A DNA stretch of 64,000 nucleotides from Myxococcota bacterium (lineage in GTDB: Bacteria; Myxococcota; B64-G9). The stretch's first letter is position 1, and each line of letters opens with the position of its first letter. The translations under genes were made by a program, and so were the position numbers. The notes under the pieces were generated by a model. It was not told where the DNA came from and did no database searches. It saw only the letters and a list, made by a program, of their open reading frames with translations. Positions 9,070-18,464 of the stretch are shown piece after piece. The stretch lies in NCBI GenBank assembly GCA_035528415.1, contig DATKYQ010000022.1, forward strand, positions 132,042-196,041. Reading direction: 5' to 3'.

Positions 9070-10152
9070 TCAAGAAAGCTCGCGCAGGGCGCGGCAGACT
9101 CGGTCAATATCGGCCTTCGTCAGCTGTGTGTGCATCGGCAGGAAAAACGACGAGCGGCCCAGCATTTCCGCCACCGGCAGCTCACAGCGGGCCGAGTCGC
9201 GATAGGCAGGATGCAGGTGGACGGGGACTACGCCGGCCTGACAGCCTATTCCACGGGACGTAAGGCGCGAAAGCAGGCGCTCGCGGGACAACGGCGCTTC
9301 TGCACGCAGGCGAACCACGTATGACTGGAAAACGGTCTTGCCGTCAATTTCCGGAAGGATAAGCCAGTCGATGCCCGAAAGACCGCTGGCGTACCACTCG
9401 GCCACCCGCCTTCTTTTTGCAATCAGCTCGGGCAACTTGCGAAGTTGCACGCGTCCCATGGCGGCAGCCTGTTCGCTCATGCGAAAGTTATAGCCGGCTT
9501 CTTGGGCCAACCCGTCCTTCAGGCCGTGCGCCCGCAGGCGCCGGAGGCGCTCGGCCAAGCCGGCCTTAGCGGTTGCGATCATCCCCCCTTCGCCCGTGGT
9601 GATGACCTTGCGCGGGTGGAAGGAAAAGCAGGCCGTCTGAGCTACCGATCCATCGACCGCACCGAGCGCACAGGCGGCGTCCTCCAGCAAGCCTGCCCGT
9701 CCGGCCAGTGCGCGCAAGGCCGCCGTGTTCGCAAGTCGGCCGAACTGGTGCACGGGCACGATTAACACCGTGCGCTCACTGAGCAAGGCGCCTGCCGAGC
9801 GCGGGCAGATGTTGTAGCTGTCCTGCTCGACATCGGCGGGAACCACGCTCGCGCCCCGCAGGGCAACTGCGTTGGCGGTGGCAACAAAGGTATAGGATGG
9901 AACGATCACCTCGTCGCCCGGCCCCACACCGCTCGTGTACAGGGCCAGCAAGAGGGCCGCACTTCCCGAACTGACAGCAATCGCATGCCGGAAGCCCGTC
10001 GCCACGCACAACTCGCGCTCGAACGACTCTACCTCGGGTCCGGCCGTAAGGCAGCCCGAGCGCAGAACACGCTCACAAGCCCGCTCTTCACCCTCGCCCA
10101 GCGACGGCCGCCAGAGCGCGAGCGGGTGCTCACCAGATGCTTTCCGGGACAT
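9070..10152 (-). CDS. DegT/DnrJ/EryC1/StrS-family PLP-dependent sugar aminotransferase
   Basis: 360 aa. The family signature is present: AIAVSSGSAALLLAL, VIVPSYTFVATANAV and the Schiff-base lysine context SFHPRKVITTGEGGM. Confidence 0.85.
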   Translation of the reverse strand: MSRKASGEHPLALWRPSLGEGEERACERVLRSGCLTAGPEVESFERELCVATGFRHAIAVSSGSAALLLALYTSGVGPGDEVIVPSYTFVATANAVALRGASVVPADVEQDSYNICPRSAGALLSERTVLIVPVHQFGRLANTAALRALAGRAGLLEDAACALGAVDGSVAQTACFSFHPRKVITTGEGGMIATAKAGLAERLRRLRAHGLKDGLAQEAGYNFRMSEQAAAMGRVQLRKLPELIAKRRRVAEWYASGLSGIDWLILPEIDGKTVFQSYVVRLRAEAPLSRERLLSRLTSRGIGCQAGVVPVHLHPAYRDSARCELPVAEMLGRSSFFLPMHTQLTKADIDRVCRALRELS

Positions 10153-10726
10153 AAACGATATCGCCGGGTCTCAGGGCGAAGTTCTTGGCCTTGCCCTCGG
10201 CGATGGCTTCGACCGGAACCGGGAACTTCTTCTCGTCGCCTTCGACTATGCGGGTGATGCTGGTGTCGTTCTTGGCCGCCAGCTTGGTGAAGCCGCCGGC
10301 CATGCTGACCGCCTGGATTACCGTCATGCGGTCTTCGTACCTGAAGGTGCCGGGTTTATTGACCTGGCCGAACACGGATACCTTCTTGGAGTTGTACTCT
10401 TTTACTAAAATACTCACCTGGGGATTCCTGAGGTACTTCTCCCCAAGCCGGGACTGGATCAGATCGGCCGCGTCGGAACTGGCCAGGCCGTCCACCTGAA
10501 CCTTACCGATCAACGGGAAGCTGATCGAGCCGTTTGATGAAACCCGGTAGATGCCGCTGAGATCCTTTTCGTCGTAGACCTTGACCTCGAAGACGTCGCC
10601 GGGCCCCAGCGTAGAAGCGGGCCTCACGGCGGTCAGCGACACCTTGGGAGTCTCGGGCGTTCGAGAAAACCAGCAGGCCGAAAGCCCAACAGACAACACC
10701 AAACTCGAGATCAAAAAACGTCTCAT
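10130..10726 (-). CDS. Short outer-membrane polysaccharide export (OPX/Wza-family) lipoprotein lacking the C-terminal membrane-spanning helix
   Basis: 198 aa. Lipoprotein signal (LSVGLSAC), Poly_export motif (PGDVFEVKV...SGIYRVSSNGSISFPLIGKVQVDGL) and one SLBB-like segment. The protein ends soon after, so the long Wza D4 helix is absent. Confidence 0.75.
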   Translation of the reverse strand: MRRFLISSLVLSVGLSACWFSRTPETPKVSLTAVRPASTLGPGDVFEVKVYDEKDLSGIYRVSSNGSISFPLIGKVQVDGLASSDAADLIQSRLGEKYLRNPQVSILVKEYNSKKVSVFGQVNKPGTFRYEDRMTVIQAVSMAGGFTKLAAKNDTSITRIVEGDEKKFPVPVEAIAEGKAKNFALRPGDIVYVPESIW

Positions 10727-10760
10727 GAGTAATCCTGGTTCAAATATCCTGCCAATAGGT

Positions 10761-12023
10761 TCAGTAGTCCACCCCGATATGCAGGGTGACCATGTGCTTG
10801 TAGTAGTCCACTCCTCCAGCGCCGGCCAGCGGCTGCGTCCAACCGGAGAAGCGGGCCTGGATCGCGTAGGCCAGGCCCAGCTCGAACCAGTCGAGGATGT
10901 GGTAGTCGAAGTTCAGCCCTCCGCTCAGGACGTGATCCGAGCGGCCGCCCTGGTTGGCCAGGTCGGCTGTCACGCCGTCTCCGTACGACAGGTAGTCATA
11001 GGCGACATCCAGAGACAGGCTGAACTTGCCGGCGATTTGTTGCCGCAAGCGCGCGTAGGCGTGGTCCTGCCCGAACCAGGCGAATAGCACCACCGGCTGG
11101 AAGTTGCGCGAGTAGCCGGCCTGGATGAAGGTCGTGGCGGCGCGATAGGTGATCTCGGCCTGCCCGATGGCCGAGCGGTAGTTCGAGCCGCTGTAACCCG
11201 TTCGCTCGGGCAACAGGCTATCGCCGTAGCCGGCCTTTATGGCGACCGCGATGCTGGGAGTGATCTGACCCAGCAGGCCGACCGTTGCGCGGATGGCGTT
11301 GACGTCCATGTTCTTGCCGCCGCCCGAATAGCTATTGGGATAGCGCCTGATGTCTGAATCGAAATCGACGCTCAGCGCGGTCTTGGGAAGGAACTTCCAC
11401 TTGCCCGAGAAGTAGGCCCGGTGCGCGTAGCTGGAAAGAGCCCTTGATTCGGTCCCCGAGTCGTCGAACCAGTCGATGAAGAAACCATAGGCCAGATCGA
11501 ACATCAAGGCGCCGCCGCCGGGTTTGATCTGCAGGTGTGCCTTGGCCTCGTTGTCGGTGCGGTCATACTTGCCCGTGAGCGAGTTGTAGCGCGGATCGCT
11601 GGTCCTCGAGAAGTTGTCCTCGACGAAGAAGCTAACCTTCCCCTTGGGGTTGAAGCCGACCTGCATGCTGGCCTCGCCGGCGAAGGTGCTCAGGTCGCTG
11701 GAACGGCTTTTGTCCACCCCGAAGTAGTAGTCGTACCCCACGTGCGCGTCCAGTTCGAAGGAGACCTTCTCTGAGGGAAAGCTCAAGGTGAGGCCGGGCC
11801 TGATCCTGAGAGCCAGGTCGAAGAAGCTGTTGCTGGTGGCATAGCTGGGGTTGGAGTCGTAAACCAGATCGAGGTCGAGTGCCGGGTGCAAGCGGCCTTC
11901 GCCGGCCTTGATTCCCAATCCGCGAGCCGCGCACAGCCGGCTGCCTCCCGCGATCAATAATATTACGATCAGAAAGCTATGTATGGTCCTAATGCAGGTC
12001 TGTTTCATGGTTGTCGTGCCCAT
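10761..12023 (-). CDS. Predicted outer-membrane beta-barrel protein, candidate Wzp-type porin partner of the helix-less OPX
   Basis: 420 aa. Signal peptide, alternating hydrophobic beta-strand pattern rich in Tyr/Gly/Asp, C-terminal ...TLHIGVDY ending in an aromatic residue. Encoded immediately upstream of the OPX gene. Confidence 0.45.
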   Translation of the reverse strand: MGTTTMKQTCIRTIHSFLIVILLIAGGSRLCAARGLGIKAGEGRLHPALDLDLVYDSNPSYATSNSFFDLALRIRPGLTLSFPSEKVSFELDAHVGYDYYFGVDKSRSSDLSTFAGEASMQVGFNPKGKVSFFVEDNFSRTSDPRYNSLTGKYDRTDNEAKAHLQIKPGGGALMFDLAYGFFIDWFDDSGTESRALSSYAHRAYFSGKWKFLPKTALSVDFDSDIRRYPNSYSGGGKNMDVNAIRATVGLLGQITPSIAVAIKAGYGDSLLPERTGYSGSNYRSAIGQAEITYRAATTFIQAGYSRNFQPVVLFAWFGQDHAYARLRQQIAGKFSLSLDVAYDYLSYGDGVTADLANQGGRSDHVLSGGLNFDYHILDWFELGLAYAIQARFSGWTQPLAGAGGVDYYKHMVTLHIGVDY

Positions 12024-12074
12024 CCAGGATTCGTTCCTGCGCTTGTTTTAGCGTTGTCTAGCCAACAATCCCAC

Positions 12075-12090
12075 GGATTCCGTGGAATCC
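12075..12090. promoter_or_regulatory. 16-bp inverted repeat (GGATTCC-GT-GGAATCC) upstream of the beta-barrel/OPX/DegT operon; candidate operator
   Basis: 7-2-7 perfect inverted repeat, nested with CCACGG-ATT-CCGTGG at 12071-12085, in the 100-bp gap between the stop of the 12125..12676 gene and the start of the beta-barrel gene. Confidence 0.25.
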
Positions 12091-12124
12091 AGAAAAAATC
12101 AATTCAGTATAAAAATCCCCGCCC

Positions 12125-12676
12125 TTACTGGTAGGGGCTTGCCGCCGGCGGTCTAATCACGGGTGTCTCGGGCAGTTTCACGTCAGTCGGATCCTGCTCC
12201 GGGACCTTGTCCTTGTCCACCTCCACCTCAACCGTTGTTTTGCCCACCGCGAAGGCCAACTCACCGACGCACTGCTCGGCCTCGCTCCGGAGCACTTTTA
12301 TCTTTTGATGTGAAATGGAGATCTTGTGGAACTCGTGGGCCGCGGTGTCCTTCTCCCCCTTGGCCAGCGCTTCCTGAAGCGTCATCTCGGCTTGCTCGGA
12401 AATGCGAATCAGGCCCTTGATGCTGGTGAGCTTCTCGTTGACGCAGTTGACCTTGATGACGTCCTTCTCCTCACGCGCTTCCTTGAGCAGCTTCAGCACG
12501 TGACCTAAGACATCTCGCATCTCGTCCAGGTACGATCTCGACCGGTCTTGCTTCTCGGTGCCCGAGAGACCGGCAGACTTGGCAAAGTCGGTGTCGGCGG
12601 TGCTCGCCGGCTTGTCTTGCGCAAATACAGTGGTTGACAACAAGATCACCAATGTCAGCGAAACTATCCTCATCAT
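12125..12676 (-). CDS. Hypothetical secreted coiled-coil protein
   Basis: Start reassigned to the double ATG at 12676/12673 (MMRIVSLTLVILLSTTVFAQ signal peptide) with GGAGG 7 nt upstream. The track ORF begins further upstream at 12790. The body is a charged helical region and no known domain is recognised. Confidence 0.5.
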   Translation of the reverse strand: MMRIVSLTLVILLSTTVFAQDKPASTADTDFAKSAGLSGTEKQDRSRSYLDEMRDVLGHVLKLLKEAREEKDVIKVNCVNEKLTSIKGLIRISEQAEMTLQEALAKGEKDTAAHEFHKISISHQKIKVLRSEAEQCVGELAFAVGKTTVEVEVDKDKVPEQDPTDVKLPETPVIRPPAASPYQ

Positions 12677-12838
12677 TCGCGCACCTCCATAGAGCAATCC
12701 AACACCCCGAAACAGCAGATTATTATTCCCCGCAAGGTGCCGTGACATTATAGGCTCCCAAACGTCATTGTCAACTCTTTTGAGAACCAATAGCAGTGAC
12801 TTGTATCACATATAATTTACTATTATTTCAAACACTTG

Positions 12839-15800
12839 CTACTTCCTGATAACCACTTCGGCGCTTTGGACAGGCGTACTCGACCGTGATCCGTCGCTAG
12901 CCGACACCATGCATTGCCAGATGTCGTTGCCACTGGTCAGGCGAGCGGGCACTCTGTCCGTCTGTGGCGCGAAAGGTTGTTTCAGGCCGTCTTTGTACCA
13001 GGCGAAATTGTATCTGACCCGATCGCCGTCGGGATCCTGCGCCTGGCTCTCTATCTTGCAACGCAATTCATCGTTATCTCCGGGATCGGCCGGCACGACT
13101 CCCACCCCCGGCGCAGTCGGCTCGGCATTTGCGATGTCGACAGACACCTCGGCCGGCGCACCGCTCAACTCGCCGTCGGACGCAGCTGCGCGGCACAACC
13201 AGCGTTGTCCTTTTCTGGTATGCGAAGCAGCCAACAGGCGGCCTACCTGCTTGGGCTTGCCCGTAGGGCGCTCCTTGCCCTTAAGCTGGAACCAGGCGTA
13301 GCTATGCGTCAGGCTGTCTCCGTCCGGGTCGGGAGTCGGACCCGCAAGGTGGCAGAAGAGATCATCGGATGACAGCGGCAGGCGAGGCCGAATCTCCACA
13401 CGGGGCAGCCCCGGCGGCGAGTCGGCGACGACAACCGTGGCATAGTTAGGCTTGCTCGAAAGCTCACCGTCAGAGGCTGTCACCTCGACCCGCCACTTCT
13501 GACCCTTTTTGAGCAACCCGGCCGGGATCGTGCCGCTTGTCCCGGCTGAGACAAACTTCCGGCCGTCAACGGTCCATACGTTGCGCAACTTGACCTCGTC
13601 TCCGTCGGGATCCTGCGTCGCCCGAGTCACCCGACAGGCAAGGGAATCCGTGACGCGTGGCCGATCTGGTTTGAGAACGATGGCCGGGGCCGGCGGAGGC
13701 CGATTGCCGATCTCGATCTCGGCTCGACAAGCGGGACCATTCGATTCGCCATCGCCGGGAGTAGCCACAACCATCCAGCGCTGGCCTCGCTTCACCAGAC
13801 TGCCGGCGACCTTCTCGGACGCCGGATTCATTGTCATGGCCTGGTCGTCTTTGTACCAGCGGTAGCGCATCTCCAGGCGGTCACCGTCCGCATCACTCGA
13901 TTGGCCCGTAAGCTCGGTGAATAACGCCTGGCCGCTTTTGGGCTTGTCCGGCTTGATCGCAATCCGACAGCCCGTGGGGAGAGAGTTCTGCACCTCGAAC
14001 CACTGGCTCGTCTCGGATCCTGTTGTCGTACCGTCTGATGGAATCACCCTGGACAGGTAGCGGGTGTTCTTGCGTGTCTTGTCCGAAGGCAAGCTGAACA
14101 ATCCCGGGCCCCTTTGAATCTCGCGTTTTACACCTTTCGCGTCTACCCGGTACCAGATCACTTCCTGGCTGATTTTGTCACCATCGGGATCGCGGGCCGG
14201 CTTGACGATTTTCAGCGCCAGATCCGAAGTGGTCTTCGGCCTGGGATCGGCGGCGGCGAAGACCGCCGGATGCGGAGGAGCGTTGCCGATTGTCACCTTG
14301 GCCCGGGCAGGCTTTCCCTTGCCCTCGCCGTCAGTGGGCGTGACCGAAACGCTCCAATCTTCGCCCTTGTGCGTCTCGCCGGCCGGCAGCGAGAAATGCC
14401 GCGCATGCGGGCCGCGATAGGGTTTCTGGGCCCTTCGCCAGGCGACATCATATGTTAGCCGGTCACGGTCGTCATCGACCGCCGGGCTCTTTACTTCGAC
14501 TGTAAGGTCATCGAGCGTAGTCGGTGAGCCGGGCAAGATGCGAATTTCCAAAGCTGAGGGGACGGAATTCGCGACTTCGACTTCGGCCCGCGTCTTGGCT
14601 CCTTCTTCCCGGCCGTCAAACGATATTACTTCCAGACCAATTTTATCGTGCTTGGCGGCCATGCCGGGCGGCAACACAGCCGTGTCGAGCGGCAAGTTCA
14701 GGGGTTTTCCTCCGGCTGTCCACAGATAACGGTATGACACCTTGTCATGGTCGGGGTCGCGCCCGGGCTTGTCGACGACTACTTTCACGGCCTGGCTCAC
14801 TGTCGGTCGCGCCGGATCGAGGTGCACCACGGCAGCGGAGGGAGCGGTATTGGAAACCAAGATCGTGGATCTCGCCGGCATTCCTTTTTCTTCGCCGTCG
14901 TCGGGTGTCACTACCACCGTCCATCGTTGCCCGGCCAGAGTGCGCGCGGACGGCACCGCGTTCCTGTGCAACTTCTTGACCGGCAGGCGGTCCTTCAGCC
15001 AGGCCACTCCATAGCGGATCTTGTCGCCGTCTGCGTCCCGGGAGCCACGGACAATCTTCAGCTTCAAGTCGTCTGAGCACCTGGCGGTATCCGGCTGAAT
15101 GACGACATCGGGGGACTCGGGCGGGGTATTGCGCACGCGCACGACCGCGCTTTTGAACACCGGCCCCTTGGCCGTCGCCTGCAGCGTGAATCGCCAGCGT
15201 TGGTGCTTACGGGTGGCGTCCGCCGGGATCTCGCGGGCGCCGTCCAGCCGCTGCACCGTCTTTCCATTCATTTCCCAACGAATGATTGTCTGCGGCTCGG
15301 GATCGCCGTCCAGGTCGAAGAACCTGTAGGACAGGCGAATAGTATCAGTGCTGAAAGGCTCGGCCGGCGAGATCGCCAGATTCGCGTAACGCGGAGGGTT
15401 GGGATGCGATCTGGCGCTTCTGGTCGTGTCGCGCCCTTCCATGGGCCATACCAGGGGTTCCAGGTTGCCACCCTTTTTGATCATGCTGTAGGCCGAAAGA
15501 GACCCGTTGCGACTAACCGCAATGATCTCCACCAGGCCGTCGCCGTTCAAGTCCGCCAACGTGGGAGCCACATCGATACGCTCGGGGAACCTGACCGGGA
15601 AGCCGGGGTAGCGTTGCCCGTTGTCACGGTAGACGATCAAGCGGCTCTTCTCAGTGCCCACGGCAATCTCCGGCCGGCCGTCCCGATCAATGTCTCCCAC
15701 AACCGCCGATGCGCGCAGGCGCCCGCCGACCTTGACTGGAAATCCCTTGATTTTCCGTCCGCCCTTTCCGATTGCGTGCAACAGACCGTCGCCCCCGGCG

Positions 15801-16708
15801 ACGATCACGTCGACAACGCCGTCAGCGTCCAGATCCGCCAGGGCAGGCGTTGAATAGACACGATATCCCGTCGCAACCGGAAAGCCGTCCGCCTGCGAGC
15901 CATCCTCGTTTAACGCGTAAATCTTGTAGTCCTTCGAGCCGAAAATGATCTCGAAAACACCGTCATCATCTGTATCGCCCAGTACGGGCTGTGATGAAAT
16001 TGTGTACTTGGCCTTGAAAGGAAAACCGGCCAGTTCACGGCCCGCAGCCGACCAGGCATGCAGAAAACCTTTCTCGTCACCAAACAGCATGACAGCGTTA
16101 TTCCGTCCTCCGGGCTTGAAGCGGCCGACCGTAACCGAGGTGGACACGGGCGCACCGCAGCCTGCCGGGTATCCCGCCAGAACTCGGCCGGCAGGTGTAA
16201 TGGCGTACACCTTGCCGCCTCGCGTGGCGCAGACGATCTCCGCCCGCCCGTCAGCGTTGATGTCTACGAGCGTAGGCGGTCCAGCAAGAACATCGTCAAG
16301 AAGCACCGGAAAACCAGCCACGGGTTTAGCGGCACCGTCAAGGGCGCGCAGCCGCTTGTCGCTGGTTCCGAAGAACACCAAAGGCCTGGCCGAGCCGGCG
16401 GGGCCAAGTCTCGCCGCCGACAACCCCGTCACCAACGATACGCCCGGTTCCATCTTGACGGGGAATCCCTCGGCCGGGTTACCGTCGGCCTCGATTACAT
16501 GCAGGGCATGCTGCGAACCGATCAGCAACTCGAGTTGCCCATCGGCGTCAATGTCGAACGCCAGGGGAGGGCCGCTCTCGACGCTATCTTCAAGTTGTAC
16601 CGGAAACCCCCTCAGTTTGGAGGCCGCGGCGGGGTGAGCGGACAGCGCCAACAAGATTCCGACACTCGCCGCCAATACCGCTCGTACCGACGTAGTTTTT
16701 GCCCCCAT
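12839..16708 (-). CDS. Large secreted FG-GAP/VCBS beta-propeller protein with about 8 C-terminal ~95-aa tandem beta-sandwich repeats
   Basis: 1289 aa with a signal peptide. The N-terminal half carries at least 7 FG-GAP-like blades (DIDADGQLELLIGS, DINADGRAEIVCAT, DTDDDGVFEIIFGS, DLDADGVVDVIVAG, DIDRDGRPEIAVGT, DLNGDGLVEIIAVS...). The C-terminal half carries reiterated modules with a conserved DPDGD..x..Y.x.W motif (RDPDGDKISQEVIWYRVD, QDPDGDEVKLRNVWTVDG, PDPDGDSLTHSYAWFQLKG, QDPDGDRVRYNFAWYKDG). Confidence 0.65.
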   Translation of the reverse strand: MGAKTTSVRAVLAASVGILLALSAHPAAASKLRGFPVQLEDSVESGPPLAFDIDADGQLELLIGSQHALHVIEADGNPAEGFPVKMEPGVSLVTGLSAARLGPAGSARPLVFFGTSDKRLRALDGAAKPVAGFPVLLDDVLAGPPTLVDINADGRAEIVCATRGGKVYAITPAGRVLAGYPAGCGAPVSTSVTVGRFKPGGRNNAVMLFGDEKGFLHAWSAAGRELAGFPFKAKYTISSQPVLGDTDDDGVFEIIFGSKDYKIYALNEDGSQADGFPVATGYRVYSTPALADLDADGVVDVIVAGGDGLLHAIGKGGRKIKGFPVKVGGRLRASAVVGDIDRDGRPEIAVGTEKSRLIVYRDNGQRYPGFPVRFPERIDVAPTLADLNGDGLVEIIAVSRNGSLSAYSMIKKGGNLEPLVWPMEGRDTTRSARSHPNPPRYANLAISPAEPFSTDTIRLSYRFFDLDGDPEPQTIIRWEMNGKTVQRLDGAREIPADATRKHQRWRFTLQATAKGPVFKSAVVRVRNTPPESPDVVIQPDTARCSDDLKLKIVRGSRDADGDKIRYGVAWLKDRLPVKKLHRNAVPSARTLAGQRWTVVVTPDDGEEKGMPARSTILVSNTAPSAAVVHLDPARPTVSQAVKVVVDKPGRDPDHDKVSYRYLWTAGGKPLNLPLDTAVLPPGMAAKHDKIGLEVISFDGREEGAKTRAEVEVANSVPSALEIRILPGSPTTLDDLTVEVKSPAVDDDRDRLTYDVAWRRAQKPYRGPHARHFSLPAGETHKGEDWSVSVTPTDGEGKGKPARAKVTIGNAPPHPAVFAAADPRPKTTSDLALKIVKPARDPDGDKISQEVIWYRVDAKGVKREIQRGPGLFSLPSDKTRKNTRYLSRVIPSDGTTTGSETSQWFEVQNSLPTGCRIAIKPDKPKSGQALFTELTGQSSDADGDRLEMRYRWYKDDQAMTMNPASEKVAGSLVKRGQRWMVVATPGDGESNGPACRAEIEIGNRPPPAPAIVLKPDRPRVTDSLACRVTRATQDPDGDEVKLRNVWTVDGRKFVSAGTSGTIPAGLLKKGQKWRVEVTASDGELSSKPNYATVVVADSPPGLPRVEIRPRLPLSSDDLFCHLAGPTPDPDGDSLTHSYAWFQLKGKERPTGKPKQVGRLLAASHTRKGQRWLCRAAASDGELSGAPAEVSVDIANAEPTAPGVGVVPADPGDNDELRCKIESQAQDPDGDRVRYNFAWYKDGLKQPFAPQTDRVPARLTSGNDIWQCMVSASDGSRSSTPVQSAEVVIRK

Positions 16709-16806
16709 TTAGTCACCTCGCTCGTAAAAAAGGATCACCATCATCCATCCCAAAGCCCGCCCTCGTCAACAGGCGTTAATCGGCACTTTTTACCGAAAGC
16801 TTGAGC

Positions 16807-17253
16807 TTACATTTTCTCTATGAGTTTCTGGTTGGTTTCCCGCAGGCGGGCGCTCATCACTCGGGCGATGTTGATCACCACCAGTGTGAATCCGTTCTTG
16901 TACACGCGGGCAAACGAGTGCAGGTTCTCGTTCGTCAGGCACAGCAAGATCGCCTCGGTCTTTGCCCGGATGGTGGCCGATCGATACTCCTTATCAATCA
17001 GCGACATCTCCCCGAAGAACTCGGGAGCATTGAGGACCGTAATCAGGTGCTCGTTGCCGTCGGAACCCTTGTGCAGAACCTCGACCGACCCTTCCACCAG
17101 GAGATAGAGGGAATCGCCGACATCGCCCTGCTCGAAGACCACCTCATCCTGGTCAAACTTCCTCTGCTGGGTCACTTCCGCGAGCATCTCGATTTCCTCG
17201 GGAATCAGACCCTCGAACAGCCGTGATTTCTGTAGTTCTTCAACCTTGTTCAC
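16807..17253 (-). CDS. Stand-alone cyclic-nucleotide-binding (cNMP/CAP effector) domain protein
   Basis: 148 aa. Motifs LFEGL...E, F..G..GDSLYLL..G.VEV and FFGEMSL...R.ATIRA give the cNMP-binding beta-roll with the phosphate-binding cassette. There is no DNA-binding or other output domain. Confidence 0.8.
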   Translation of the reverse strand: MNKVEELQKSRLFEGLIPEEIEMLAEVTQQRKFDQDEVVFEQGDVGDSLYLLVEGSVEVLHKGSDGNEHLITVLNAPEFFGEMSLIDKEYRSATIRAKTEAILLCLTNENLHSFARVYKNGFTLVVINIARVMSARLRETNQKLIEKM

Positions 17254-17374
17254 AGCCTACCTCACTGGCTCGTCAGCATTGACGGTTTCTCGGAACCTAC
17301 CACGACCCGGACCATCAGGCAAGATTCTGCCCCTCTCAAATCATCATCCCCAGACGGAATCATCGAGGGATTTC

Positions 17375-18394
17375 CTAACCAGATGCCCTGCTGGGCCTCC
17401 CGCTCCAGAAGAAATCGTCGATGCGCTTATCCTCGTCCGCTTGCGTCTCGTCCTCGGGGGGAAGCGGTTCGATGAACTCAACTCCGCGCTGGCGATGGAT
17501 CAGGTAGATGTTCTTAGCCCGTAACTCGATATTAAACCCCTCGGCGTGATCATTGACCGGCACACAGTATACTTCGTTTATATTCTCCCTGCGTGGCCAG
17601 TACAGAAACTCCTCTCCCACCAGGCAGCCGAAAAGTTTCCTGGCGGAAGACCTGAGATCCTCTATGGAAAGCTTTATCTCATCTGTTTTCTTCTTTGTCT
17701 CCTCCGATTCGCTCCTCAGCGTCTTGGCCTTGTGCTTGTGCTGCTCGGCTTCTTTAAAGAGGCGCTCAGACTCGCGCCTGGCGTGCTTGCTCTTAACCCG
17801 ACGTTCGGAAACCCCGAGATTGATATCCAGGCTGCGAGTCCACATGTGCTCGACTTCTTCCCAAAGACTCATCTTGCGGCTGTTCTCGCGCTCGTACAGG
17901 GCAGCGGCCTCGCGCTGGTCTTTCTGAAGCTTCTTGACCTCGGCCTCACTGCGTCGCAGCAGTCTTTCGAGTTCCTCGCGCTCACCATTCTGACCGGCGC
18001 CCTGTAGCTCCAGTTTCCGCGGGCGCATCTCCGCCTCGGCACTCAGGAGGCGATGCTCCACGGCGCCCATCTGTGAAAACAGATCGCTGACGTGGATGCG
18101 TTGGCTCTCGAAATTGGCTACCGCCTCGTACGACTTGTTCTCGATCTCGGCGGCATCGGCCAACAGGCGGGCGGCGGTGTCTTCATATTCGCCGGCCAGG
18201 TAAAGTGCGTCGATTGCGCCCTTCTGTGTGAACTCGGCCCTGAACTCCATCAGGTTGACCTGGACCAAGAGTTCGTCGTAGCGCAATCGCACAGCCGTAA
18301 GTCTCTGTTCGAGTTCCACGAGCGACTTCCACCACTTACGAAACTCATCCTTATCCAGAATTGCAGTAACCTCACGCAGCCAAAAGGACTTCAT
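17375..18394 (-). CDS. Hypothetical cytoplasmic coiled-coil protein (accessory gene of the motility array)
   Basis: 339 aa, highly charged with heptad-like E/K/R/L-rich segments. No signal peptide or recognisable catalytic motif. Confidence 0.5.
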   Translation of the reverse strand: MKSFWLREVTAILDKDEFRKWWKSLVELEQRLTAVRLRYDELLVQVNLMEFRAEFTQKGAIDALYLAGEYEDTAARLLADAAEIENKSYEAVANFESQRIHVSDLFSQMGAVEHRLLSAEAEMRPRKLELQGAGQNGEREELERLLRRSEAEVKKLQKDQREAAALYERENSRKMSLWEEVEHMWTRSLDINLGVSERRVKSKHARRESERLFKEAEQHKHKAKTLRSESEETKKKTDEIKLSIEDLRSSARKLFGCLVGEEFLYWPRRENINEVYCVPVNDHAEGFNIELRAKNIYLIHRQRGVEFIEPLPPEDETQADEDKRIDDFFWSGRPSRASG

Positions 18395-18464
18395 ATATTT
18401 CCCCTAGAACAACCCGAGCAAGAATTTTTCGAGGATTATATCCAAGCTGCCGGCCTGCCGCCCC

